Below are positions 25,072 through 38,600 of a DNA stretch of 64,000 bases, in pieces. Where the stretch lies: NCBI GenBank assembly GCA_021613535.1, contig CP075497.1, positions 2,728,001 through 2,792,000 on the forward strand, in the 5' to 3' direction. Each line of letters starts with the position of its first letter. The first letter of the stretch is position 1. The position numbers and the translations under genes were made by a program. The stretch comes from Adineta vaga. Lineage: Eukaryota > Animalia > Rotifera. Below the pieces are notes generated by a model. The model was given only the letters and a program-made list of their open reading frames with translations, searched no databases and was not told where the DNA came from.

Positions 25072-27268
25072 GAATACGCAAACATTGACTGTTTTTCGCT
25101 TGTTTTACATATTCTCTTTCTCTACCTTGTAAAGCTGCGTGGGCATCAAATTTCAATTAGATGCGAGGACTCGTCATCGTTGACACTCGATCTGTGTAGG
25201 TGAACATGGTACCGCCATTATTCTTTCATTTATGCTCATTTTATTGCCTATTTGAACATAGAAGAAAAAAAAGGTCCACTAACTACTTAAATCGAATGAT
25301 ATATGATGCAATCAAAAGTGGCGATTGACAACAAATTCTATCGAACTTTTGACCTAAAATTAACAAAGAAAGATTTTTTTTCTTTTTCTCTCTTCAGTAG
25401 CTAATTATATACAGTTCAATCTCCCTCTCTCTCTCTGTCCCTCTTTCTATATGTATATGTATATATATAAAACACCATTATTCTTTGCGTATAGGTACCT
25501 TCTTCTATATATATGCATGTGCCAACTGCTTACAGTTGCTTCTCTTTTTTCTTCTTCTTTTTTTTTCTTATTTTTAATGGAATATGTCACTGAGAAAGCA
25601 TATACGTCGTGTTGAAATCCAATTTTTTCACAATACTTTCTTTCCTTCGAGCTGCCGGACGACAAAGTAAAAGAGTAAAATATAACACATTGTGTGTGTT
25701 TTTTCACAATCCCAACACCAAACGTGTAGAAGCCGCAAACTAATATATACATACTCTTTTAGAAACACATCAAGAAAGAAAGAGAAGGAAAAAAGACAGA
25801 GGGAGAGAGAGACAGAAAGAAAATTGACTGATGACGTTGTGAAATAAATTATCCTCAAGTCTTCTGGAGTATGACATCATAGGTGTATATTGTTTTCTTC
25901 TAGTTGCTTTTTTTTATTGAATGAGAACAAGGACATACTCGATAGGGTCTCTTTCTCATTGAAGATTTTTTTTTTTTCAAAAATGATATTATTTTTTTTA
26001 ACTACAAAAATTCATTTGTGTGGTTGTGAGTAAGTTTGATTTACTTTGCATTTCTCATCGACATCGTTGCGGTAAGTGAACCGCTGCACGACACGTTTCC
26101 TTTTCTCTTCTCTTCTCTTTTCATAACTGATGCCTGATAATTGTTGTCAGCTCGATGTCTTAATAGCATACAGATCGGTGTTTTATTGTGTAGAAATCAA
26201 AACACTTGTTAATCATTCATTTTCTAAGAATAGAGGAAACAAAAAGAAATTTGAAGATTGCTGTTATTGTCATTGTCTTCGAAAACAACTGTTGATTTTC
26301 TTTCAAACCGTAGGTCTAAATATTCAAATTTCAGCCTTGTTTATCTACGCATTTGAAAATACATGCCATTGAGAGAGAAGGAGAAAAATAACAGAACTAT
26401 TCATTAAAAAACCGTTCGTCATGCTAATTTACATTTTTCGAGCGCTTTTAAAGGTTATAAACACATATGCGTATTTTACCTTTCGAGTATGTTTGTGTGT
26501 GTATGTCTTATCTGATTCGTAAGAGGAAAAGAGAAGAGACCCCTGGATAGTTTCTTCCTTCGATTAGGTCAAAGAAGAAAAAAAAACTCTTATTTTTTTT
26601 ACACTTCCATTTGTATGTACATAGACAGATTTCTTTTTTCGTAAGTGTGCTCGCTCTAAATCGTCAAAAAAAAGCTGAGGAAGAAGAAGAAGAAGAAGAA
26701 GAAAATGCCGATACTGTCGACCAGTGGTAGTAGTGTTATTGTTCTTCTTCGAGGGTGAAATGCAGCTTATACCACATATTTAATTCAGAGAGAAGAAGAA
26801 AAGACACAGAAAGAAAGAGATTTGTTTTTTCAGCTCTTTCTCGCGTTAAAAAAAACTTAAGTAAAACAGACAGAGTGACTACAGTTTCGATCTTATATAT
26901 CATATTTCATTATTGACGAAAGTATTCTCTTCTCGCTAGTACGTTGAACTTGATAAGTATCGATCTGGATAAAATCATCATCAAATTTTTCATCTCTCTT
27001 TATAAAAATAAGTACGTGTAATAATAAACATTTAAGTATACACTAGTGATGTTAATTTGACTCGATCGTTTAATGTACATATTCGCTTAACATTGTTTAC
27101 ATATCTTACGTTGACAATGTATATTCTCTTTTTTTTCTCTTTTTTTTTAGTCTTCATCGAGACGAAAGCAATCGCATCATCTTTCGTTTACTCCTATTAT
27201 TAAAATGAGACAATAAACGAAACGAACGAACAAGTAGTTATATTTCTCTCCTTATCATCATCATCATC

Positions 27269-30200
27269 ATGACTATTCGACAACAATATGCTAATGAAGA
27301 ACTTGTCCATAAACTTCGTTCAATGCTCAATGATTTACCGACACTTCGTACACGTGCTGTAAAAAAATTAAAACATTGGCGAGAAGCAGCAATAAAACGT
27401 CTTCTTGCTCGACAACGTGAATTAGAAAAAACACTTCTAGATAAATTCGAACGCTTGGAATTTGACACTCAATTATTCGTTGAAAAAATTGAAAGAAAAA
27501 AAGCCAATCAACAACGACGTTGGCAGAGTGAACCATTGGATTATCATAATAAAAGTGAAATCGATCGGATCTCAACAAATCTTCGAGCTATTCGAGAAGA
27601 ATTAGAACAATCAAAATACATTCTTGCTGGTGCAACAATTGATTATGATACCGATGATTTATTAGCTGAAGAAATTCTACCTGGAAAATTAGTCAATACA
27701 TCACGATATGGTGGAAGTTTATCCTCAAAAGTTCCAATACATAAAAGTTATGAAAACAATGATTTAGGTTCTGAATTAAAACGAGTATTAGAAATTTGTA
27801 CCAGTCCACAACGTCCATCATCATCCTTATCCGCCGATGAGGTAAGAAAGAGCAAAAAAAAGAAAACGGTTTTTATTCATTTCAAATCGAAGAATCGAAA
27901 TTTCCTTCGAGATACTTAAGTAACAAAGAGTCAGAAAGAAAAATAACAAAATCAATCGATTTGCAAATCTATATAATTCGAATCGAATTTTTTTTCATCT
28001 GTTATCATAAGTGCACTTATTGTATAATAATCCGAACAGGATTCTTTTCAATGTATATGTATATATATCGACGATTTCGATTTCCTAACTTATAGCGTAT
28101 GATGGTAAGTTGTTCACCTGAAGTATTTAAATATGCTTAAATGCACTTCTTTTATTATTATTATTATTTCGATGTGATGTGATATATTCAGGGAAGGGCT
28201 CGTTTTACTTTCTTAGTTACTTTTGGTATTTGAATTTGGAGAGATTTAATTGATAAAGATTATTTTAAAAATTTATGTAGATGAAGTATGGATTCATACT
28301 ACCAAAACCTAAATTGTTATTAACTTCGAAGAAGAAAAAGACAAAGACGAAGAAATTTGATGCACATCAAACAACTTTAGACGCGAAAGTCAAGGTCAGT
28401 TTGTGATATATGAATGATTTGATGATGAGAGGATGTTATCATATCAGTTTTATGTGTCGATTGACCTTTTGTACATTGAAAAGGCTAGTTTCAATCGATC
28501 GGTCGATTTCAATCGAATCGATAGTAAAAGATGATTATATAATTATATAGGTTAGAGCTATTCATAGTGATTAAAATCAAAAATCATGTCAAATCAAATG
28601 AGCGTAGTGTTCCGACATACGAATGAATCAACTAATTATCATCGTTTGATTTCTATTCTCTAGCTATCAAATTTACAATCACTTGATCATGTCGAATATA
28701 CTTATGATAATAAATCAAAACCAAAAACACCAAAATCATCACAACAAAAACAAGGTTCACAAACTGAAGGTCCACAACGTCGACATTCACGTACGATAAC
28801 GAATGTACCTATACAACAGAAACAACACCAAAATGTTTCAACAAGCACCAATGATCAAAATGAAATCAATGATGGAAATACCAATCATAAATTATTTGCA
28901 TTTGAATCATTTGATGATTCAATTCGACGTTTTCAACGCTTAAGAGAAATAAGAAAAAATCTTCGTACGAAATATGATGATCATCTACAACAGGTTTGAT
29001 GAAAATTTACTCTTCAATTATCAATATTTGTTTTCTTTAGCAATCTGTTGAATCAATACGACCAGCCTCTGCTAATGGTATTGATAATACAGAATCAATT
29101 TCTATCACTCAACCAAAATCAGTCATAAACTCTAATCGTCCATTATCTCATGGTGTTCAAACCATTCCACCAACTCCATTAACAATCAAATCAACCGTTA
29201 ATAGCACTAAAACTGTACCAAGAAAAACTGGTGAAACTCGTCATACATTACTTGCACGTGAATCTGTTACAATTCCAATTGAACGTGTTGTTTCCGTCAC
29301 AACAAATTCACCATCAACAGATCCAAAAGTAGCCGAATTATACGAGCAAACTGCAAATAGTGTTCACACGGAAAGTTCAACCGCATCTACTACAGTGAAT
29401 AATATACGTGATCGACGATATCGTTCGAGAACACTTGAAACACATCAAATTCAAGCTGTTGATAATCAAATCTATGGTTGTCCACCGTCATCATTAAAAG
29501 CTAAACAACAAAATCATCAACGATCAGAATCCAATCGACATCGTAATCATCGTTTGTCCCTTCGTCGTTCTAGTGAAGATCCTCAAGATAAGGAATCTCA
29601 ACCAAAGCATCATCAAGAATATCAAAATGGTTTAAAATCGAATTCATTGAATGAAACATGGTTAAATATTGATCAAGAACATTGGACTAATCTATTAGAA
29701 AATGGTTGGAGACCAACTTTGAATACTGCTGGTGTTACATCTGTTGCTATTAGTGATTCAGGTATGATTTCTTTTTTTTGTGGAATTTGTAATTGTGTCT
29801 TACTTTGATATAGATGATCGTGTATCATATGGAAGTAAAAAAATTATTACAAATGGTAAATCATTGGATCTTTATGAACAAATATCAAAAAATGAATATT
29901 CATCATTATTTGATCAATTAGAATTTGCATATGCACGAACGATTAATTTGGGAAATGAATTTTGGCGTTTTCTTGAAATCGATGGTAATCATCATTTATG
30001 TCTTTATCATCAACTTAATAAACAATTTATTATGTATAAACCTGATTCAACACTTTTATGTTTTCCGTGGCCATACGATGGCATTATTGATATATCTTGG
30101 TCAAAAGCAACAAATAATTGGATTGTTGCAACACAAACACAAATCGTACGTTTTTTTTCTCAAATTTCTCGATTAAATGAATAACAGAATTTGTTCTTCT

Positions 30201-30883
30201 TTTAGATCATTTACAATCGTTCATTTAGTAAAATATTTCAATCAATTGATATCAATGGTGATTGGCCAAAACGTATTACATCGTGTCAATCATCTATCTT
30301 TCATACACATAAAATTCCAGCTACATCTGGAACAACTTCTTCTTCGAGTTCATCTCATTATCAATCATCTTCATATAAAGATCGTCCACAATTTTTACTT
30401 GAACGTTATGATTATAAATTAAAATCTCTTGGTAAACATATTCTTGAATCATCAACTATATGGGATATTGAAGCTGATGATTCAACTGAACATTTAGCTA
30501 TTCTATGTGATGTTGCTTTAATTATATTTGATTATCAATTAAATCTTTTAAAACAAATCGAAGTAACTGGATTTAAAGTCACTAAAGATCATTTCGGTGG
30601 ATGGTTAGTTGCTGATTATAATGCATCATGTTTATGGCAAATCAAACGAAATGAATATACAAAAGCGAATAAAATTTTACATGTTGAACGACCATGGTCA
30701 GTTATACTTGATCGAAGTACATGGACATTAGTTACTTTGAGTGAAACACAAAATCGTGCGAAACGTTTATTATTTTTTGGTATGAAAAATATTCCATCCT
30801 CACTTTTAACTTTAAATTCTGCTCGATCACAATCTCAATTATCGCTTTCGATGTCATCTTCGATATCGAATTCACTAACATAG
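27269..30883 (+). CDS. Uncharacterised protein: coiled coil + long disordered region + C-terminal beta-propeller-like domain
   Basis: Exons at about 27269-27841, 28664-28993, 29041-29761, 29814-30144 and 30206-30883 splice in frame. The C-terminus is beta-rich (IIDISWS..NWIVAT, WDIEAD, GGWLVADY, RPWSVILD). Start is uncertain. Confidence 0.7.
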
Positions 30884-31361
30884 AAAGACAAAATCAAACA
30901 TAAATATATATATATTAAATTTTAGTTTTTTCCTCTCTTTTTTTATATATAAGTTACAAATATATATATATATATCTATTTATCTTCAATAATCTTTTTT
31001 TCCTAATTCATTTTCTTTGTTTTGATGTTGTTATCTTGATCTATACGAAGAAATATTTCTACTCATATAAGATCAACTTGTCGGGTGGAAATAGTCTAAG
31101 TAAACAAATGCATTCAAAGGATGATTTATATTCATTGTTGAATGATTGATCAGTTTTGCTTTTAGAGAAAAACACGACCGGTTAGTTTTCATTTACTCTT
31201 TTATCGATCATTTCAAATGTGTACCTGAAGACGGTAGTTTGCCAAGAAAATGTCGATAAGAAACGAACAGTTTGTTTTGGCATAATTGATTTAATCATTG
31301 ACATCTTCTCCGCTGAAATATTTGTCCCTTCTCCGAGTTCTTCAAATCAAAATAGCTTAAA

Positions 31362-32867
31362 ATGCGATATGTTCTTATCTGTATATTTCTTTTCTATCAA
31401 TTGAAAGTGATTAATACAAGTAACATTTCTATTGGTATTATAAAAAATGTATCATTGATAGCGCTTGGAAGTCAATCAGCAATGATGAATGGGAGTTGTC
31501 ATGATTGTCTTTGTGCAATGTTAATCAATCCAGGAAATGTTACATCATTCAATTGTTTTTTGATTAACAATACATGTCAACTGTTTTCATACTATTCGCC
31601 AAAAGCTTCACCTTTTTTTATCAATAACTCTACTTATTTATTCTATTTTCATACATATTTATTGCAGTATTCATCATTGTTCTTAACTAATGATGAACAA
31701 AGTACTAGTCGTTTATTGGGTAAGTTGCTTTTTATACATTATTTGTTCTAGTGAATTCTATGAACGATTTTGTCATCACCATTTTGAGAGTGAGGATTAG
31801 ATAATAGTTGACAGAACTATAACAAGTAAATATTAATCTACAATGAAAAGATATTTTCTCTGTAAATGTTGGTCTCTTCATATAGATGAATTAAAGTTCT
31901 TTAAACATGAATTTTCTTTGCTTCTTAAATCTATGGAAACTCCATCGACAAATATTACTATTAATATTGTTGACAGAATAAAGATAAAATTCGGAACGTA
32001 TTAGAAGATTTACGAGTGACAGGTATTTGATGTTTGTGAAGTTTCACTAGAATATCGAACTGCGTCAATTAGAATTTCTGTATCATGCTAGACTTAAATA
32101 TCTTATGTTTCTAGAGGCAACGACAAACGAAAGTAAGTTTATTGAAGTATTTTTATTAATAACTATCTTCTATTCGGTACAATTCAAACAGCAACAATAA
32201 CTACAAATGCAGTTCCTACAAATGGTAAGTAAACAACAGATGTTCTTTGATTTTGATATCAACATACTTTGGTTTCTTTTGAAATGTTCAGTCATTCAAC
32301 CAACTACATCAAATAAAAGTAAATAATAAAACAGATATTAGTTTTTATTTAATCTGTTTTATAGTTACTCCATTCAATCCAGCCTCATTGTTATATCCCA
32401 CATTAAACTGCACTTCGTCGGTAGACTATTTCGTAACGTATGATAAAACTACTGCTCCAAGCTCATGGACTCTGACATCGTATACTTTCAATGCAACTTC
32501 AGCACAATCTACTCTTCTTTTTAGTTTGCAATCCAATAACCACCGTTCATTGGTTATTGATAATGTGACGGTTGTTGCTTTGAATAATCCAAGCGTCTCA
32601 TTGTTAATTAACGGAGATTTTGAATATAAGAACTTAACTGGATGGGATCTGCGGCTGTGCGGCAATACGTGTTCTGCCAATTTAACTTCGTCACTTTGTG
32701 ACACAGCAAACGCATGTTATTATGTTCCAGAAGATTGTACAACCTTTCATTTACTGCAACAAACATTTGTGACTGTGATCAAGGAGAAATACAACGTCTC
32801 CTTTTTAATTAAAGCTTCTGGCATCGGTGGTTCTAATTCTTTTCATGTTAAAACCACTATCATTTGA
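31362..32867 (+). CDS. Secreted protein: PAN/Apple-like Cys domain + Thr linker micro-exons + carbohydrate-binding-like domain
   Basis: Signal peptide and CHDCLC..SFNCF..NTCQLF. Exons 31362-31719, 32115-32132, 32192-32224, 32292-32318 and 32365-32867 are all phase 1. Contains LLINGDFEYKNLTGW. Confidence 0.75.
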
Positions 32868-33531
32868 AACTACACAGTAGGCAAAAAATAATTAATTTCA
32901 ACAAATCTATGCTTCGCAAGATTTAGTAAAATGATTTCAATACTACTGCATCATCAGAACGTTGACTTGATCATCATAATTACCCGAAAAACTATGAATA
33001 TTGCTTTTTCATTAATTGTGAAGTTCGAACTGTACGCTCATAAATAAAATCTTTACTTTTATTTAGAACTATTATTCATAACTTTTAACAAAATCTATGC
33101 AATCATTCTAAATATGCTTCAGACAAATCTCTGATAAAACATTTCATTTATATTCTTATCATCACATAGTAAACTGTCTCATCGATTTTTTTTTGTTCTA
33201 CTTGACTTTGTTTATCATGACAATAATCATTGAGTCTTATGTCATCATTAACATACAAAGAACTTCTTATCTAAATTAACATCATTGACTATGTTTGAAC
33301 TATTCATGCAAATAATATTGACTCTATGTCTTATCTAATCATTTTCAATCTTATTAGGAAAAATCATCTAATGATGTATTTATTTATTATTCTTCAAATG
33401 AAAAAGTGCCTATCTATAACAATATACAAAAGAAAGAAATATGTTCCTATTGATCTATAACGGACTATTTTGCTTCCATATCACTAAAATATTAAGATCA
33501 AAGTTAAAAAAAACTAGATACTAATGAAAGT

Positions 33532-33744
33532 TTACATTTTCGTCATCCATTTTGTTTCGTGCTCAATTTGAGCTGTAAGACCAAATGCTTCAACACAAAC
33601 GGCTTCGATCAAATCCGATGGCCATTTATTCGGTGCATTCATTGTTGTTTGTCGTGAAGAAGTTGAAAATAGATGTAACGATGGTATACAATTTCGTATA
33701 AGTTTCACTGAACAAGATGAAAATGAACTTGATGATGAGGGCAT
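33532..33744 (-). CDS. Possible 70-aa small protein
   Basis: ATG-initiated ORF with higher GC than its flanks and natural-looking composition (KWPSDLIEAVCVEAFGL). No family recognised. Confidence 0.3.
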   Translation of the reverse strand: MPSSSSSFSSCSVKLIRNCIPSLHLFSTSSRQTTMNAPNKWPSDLIEAVCVEAFGLTAQIEHETKWMTKM

Positions 33745-35627
33745 TTGCTTGTTTAACAAGATAATTTATTTACAAACTAAACTGATAAAATATATTTTTC
33801 CCCGTTTTTTGTTGTCTCTTCGTGAAGTATAAGCCTCAATAAGGAATGATCTGTTACTACACAATAACGACATCTATTCATCTAATGATTATTTATTTGA
33901 CTGGATCTTTCTATTTGATAGAAAAATAATAATTATTTCATCTCATAATGAACTTAACTTATTATTCTCTTATATTGATTTTTCTCTTTAATTGAAAATT
34001 TTTGTACAATATTTGATGAACTCAATTTTTTCTTCTTCTTCTCGTTCTGTTCTGTCTTCTGTGAGTTATTAATTCCTATTGCTTTGACATTTATGACGTT
34101 GTTGACACCAATTTCATTCACTATAGGTTCTCTTTTTATAGATCAGTGACACTTAAATGGTTTCTTTTGTGTATAATTGTTGAACACATTGTGTTCGTCA
34201 TTTGAAGTCAATCAATTGAAAGTATACTTCTATTCATATTCAATGTCGAATACAAGGTAAGATGAACTTGATATTTCGATTAATTAGTATAAATTATGTA
34301 GATCAACGCGATCGTTTGAAATAAAGTTTTGTTGTCGCTTCAGATTTCGTATTCGTATTTTTCTTTTTTGAATAGAAAATGGAAATTTAATATCTGACAT
34401 ATCTATTTCCTTTTTTTTTTGTTGTCTTCTAAGGAAATCAAAGTATTGTTCAGATCTTAAGAAACGAAACTTTTATTATCTCTTGAATAATCTTCATATT
34501 AAATTCGTACGACAATGAATACAATATCGTCACGAATAGATACGTGTTCAATTAGAAGAAAAAGAAACTAAATGTTTTTTAGTTATTCTTTCCTCACCAT
34601 TAGTCATATCAACCAGTGATGTCTATTGGACAGCTGTTCGTATAATCAAAGAAGACATATACTAATATCTAATGATTCGTGCTACACACACACATATATA
34701 TATATATATATATTGAGAAAGCAATCTACCCATTGATTAGATTTCCCCATGATATTTCCTCGTCCATTTTACTCTCATACATTTCTTCTCTTTTTTTCTC
34801 TCTCCCATCTCCATCGTCCGTCTGAGTGCTACTTTGTATATGTCTATCGATGGTAGACTCAAGCGACCAGTTGATTAAGCACGGTCACTCTATAGACAAA
34901 AAAAAAGAGAAAGAAGAACAAGAAGAAGAAATGAGAATGGCATATTCAGAGCACGCGCATTTCTCATCATCAACTTCACACATCACCGATTGAAGACGAC
35001 TTTACATACACACATCATAATAAATGACGTTTTATTTTTTTCGTTTCGTCCTCGTTTAATTTGTTTATACTTATTTATACATTTACACATTGAATAAAAA
35101 CGATCAGCAGGAGCCATATGATGAAAACTAGATGACGAGTCTGAGACATTTTGTCATGAGATTGTCTTGTAGAATGTTCTATTCTACTCATTCTCGTTCA
35201 ACTTGATGGATAAATGAGGCATTTGTCTGATGGCTCCTACTGTATCAAAAATTTCACCGTCAGAAAAAGAAAACAGATTTAGCCTTGTTTATTTGTTCTT
35301 TACGTTGTCATTACTCAATCACTATGCAACAATCTACGTAGTTATTATAGTGTCTGATAGAGGTGTCCTTCGATAGAGAAAAAAAAAGAAAATGTTGACG
35401 TGTCAAACATTTTCTTTTGAATTTAGTCATTTATTGACTCAATTTTGTGTTAAGAACTCGCATGAATAATAGTGAAATTATATACATATATATATATATC
35501 GAACAAATGTACACGTGTGTGTGCGTTCTTTTCTTACCTAGTTAAATATTTTTCATGCAAATCTCGTTTCTTCTTGTTTTAAGAAAAATTTATATGTATC
35601 ACCATTAAAAAAAGACCCGATTTTCCA

Positions 35628-38600
35628 ATGACAAATCAAAATGAACACATCTCCATTCATATGCCCAAATATGAAGTAAGAATTCGTTTATTAATTATAT
35701 TTTGTTCGATGATTATTAATTAGACTGGACCTATTCAATTTCCAACACCACCACGAGCTCTTCCGAATGATATAGCTGATGTTCAAAATTATATTCGTGA
35801 AGTATGTAGAATTCAATAAATTTATATTCATATTTGTTTTTGTTTGAATAGAAAGCAGAGAAAAATCTTGAACAATGTAAATCTTTTGAAGTTTCATTAC
35901 CACCTTCAATAACTGGCATCACAAATGAATCAAATCGAGTGAGTTTACTATTGTTTCAAAAACGATAATCTTGAAAAATCAATTGTTTAAGATTGAATTT
36001 CGATCATTATTTCAAACGCCGACATTAAATGAATTGGAAATGCTTTCAACAAATCCTGATGGTTCATCAATGAAATTAAATCAAGAACAATTAAAAGCAG
36101 TTCAACAAACAGGGTAAAAGAAGAACTATTTGAAAATAATGATCAATTCTTTTTTCTTTTTTCCAGAGAATTTGAAGTTGATAGTATTCATTTTTCTGGT
36201 CAACATCATCGATGGCGATTAAGTAAATTACTTCAATCAGGTGTTCAAAAAGCGAACGAAAAACTTTTCAAAGTTTGTTGCATTCTTTCATTGGTTATTA
36301 AATAGAGTCTTTTTTCTCTTTAGGAATTATCATGGGCTGTTTATATGTTGATTATCTTTGCTCGTGATCGTGTTTTTTCAAATACATTTAGTTTTAAAGC
36401 GACGTTAAGATCATGGAAACAAGGTTTTGTTAGTTTGATTGGTAAATTTATAGAATATTCTTTTCCGTTGGTTAGAATAGCTTTCGTTTAGATGCTCTCA
36501 TTGGTTTACCTGCTGTTTATTCTCATGGAATTGATTTCGAAGTTGAAAATGAACGATTGAAATTCTTAGTCATTGAACTTTCTCCTCATGTAACAAAAAA
36601 TTGTTCTATTGAAAACAAACAAATATGATCGTTTTATTTAGAAAAGTGAAAAAGAAATGCATGAAGCATTTTGTGCACAGATTCCAATTCTATTAGACAT
36701 CATGGCAGAACATGATCGATATTCATATCGTGAAAATCTTGTATGAGAAAAATCAATTGTAAATATTCTAATCAATAACGATTGATTTTATTTAGAAAGC
36801 TCCACCGGAAATGTTACCATATCCTCATCATTTTGTGACGCCGAGTAATATTGATATTGATCTTCGATTACATAATCGTGATTTACAAGCAAAAATTGGA
36901 ACTATTGTTAGTTCACTTCTCTATGAAAATACACCAAAAAATTGGTTTAATACAACAAAACGTCGATTAATTAATGAATTTAAAAGTAATAGTTCTGAAT
37001 TTTCTCAATTTGAATTGTTAGCTTTTGGATTTTAGATGAACAAACTGAATCAATTTTATTGAAAGAAGATATTGCGAAATGTGTACAAACACAATTAAAT
37101 AATGAATATGCTGAACGTTCATTTGCAATTATTGAACAATCGACTGAACTTGAACAATTATCTCCAGGTCTTGGTCGTTTATTAGTTGCACATGCTCGTT
37201 CTATCTTAATCATGCAATCTGTTGTTCGTAAACTAACAGAAGATTTAGAAAAACATCTCAAAACGGTATTGAATAAATCATTTTCTTTCATTAAATTTCA
37301 ATTCATCATTTTTGTTGAATAGATAAAAGAAAAATTGATTCGTGATCATCCGATTAAATCGAAGATTCGTCGTTGGATGGAAAGACAATTATTTGACGAA
37401 AAAGTTTCATATATTCAACAACATGAATGGGATGCTCATCAATTATCGATTGATCAATGTAAAGCTTTAGGAAATCATCAAGCAGCTTATTTTATTCAAC
37501 GAGATTTAGCATTTCGACAAGATGTAAAACAACTATCTTCTTCTGTTTGTTAAATCAAATATTTTCATTCGTATACTTTCAGCATGAATCAATTCTCCGT
37601 TTGAATCTCAAATCACCTCAAGAACCAACACGAACTATTCATTGTAGTCGATCAATATGGTTGCCAAGTAAACAATTGGTTCTCTTTCTATTAAATTTTT
37701 TGTTTTGTTTTTGTCGTTGCTAGAAAATTGGATTGTCGAACGAACATATCCATTACCTATCGAACGTTTACCTACACAATTTGCTAAATATACCTATTCA
37801 GCTGAGGAAGAAGAACGACGAACACGATTACTTCGATCTGATGTAATTTTTCACACACTTTCACTCATCATTCATTTAATTTGATTGGTTTTTTAGCCGG
37901 ATGCAAATTATGCTCTTCGACGAACGATTATTTATTCCACTACGACAAAATATCCCTTTTGGCGATGGAAATTATTAGCACTTCGAGCATACTGTTGGCT
38001 TTCAAATACTATTTATCTACTATGTGTATGAGAACAACGATAGATAAATACTTTACTTAATAATTCGTTTTTGTTTTTCTTTTCTAGTTGGTTGTTCCAT
38101 TTAGTAGCCCATTTAGTTTTCGTGCATTATTTTCTATTAAACCATTTCAACCAAATTATGAATTAAATAAAAAAGATGTATGTTGGAAAAATGTTAGATT
38201 CATGAAATCAAGTCTTCATTTGTTTTAGCTTAAACTTCATGAAGATCCACATTCAAAAACACAAACATTTGTATCACGTCTTGTGGCTTTATGGAATCAT
38301 GTTCGACAATCGAGACGAAATTTTGAAGCAATACCTGATCGAGGTAGAACATATCTAAATTATTTTAATGATAGAATAATGAATTTTATTTAGGATTTTT
38401 GGGAAAGAACATGCAAAGAATGTTTAATCGATTTTGGAATTATGTAGCAAAAGGTTTTATTGGTACTGTTGCTATTTGTGTAGTATATCCCGTGACATGT
38501 CTCATTGTTCCCATCGTTTCATTTACATTAGGTGTTCTTTCACCTATTTGGTATGTATTTTCATTTTTTGTTAAGAACAATCTTTCTTATCTATCGATAT

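Noticed and set aside
25160-25185. Hammerhead-like ATGACGAGTCC on the minus strand
   Set aside because: It lacks the CUGANGA core C and a matching stem II/GAAA.
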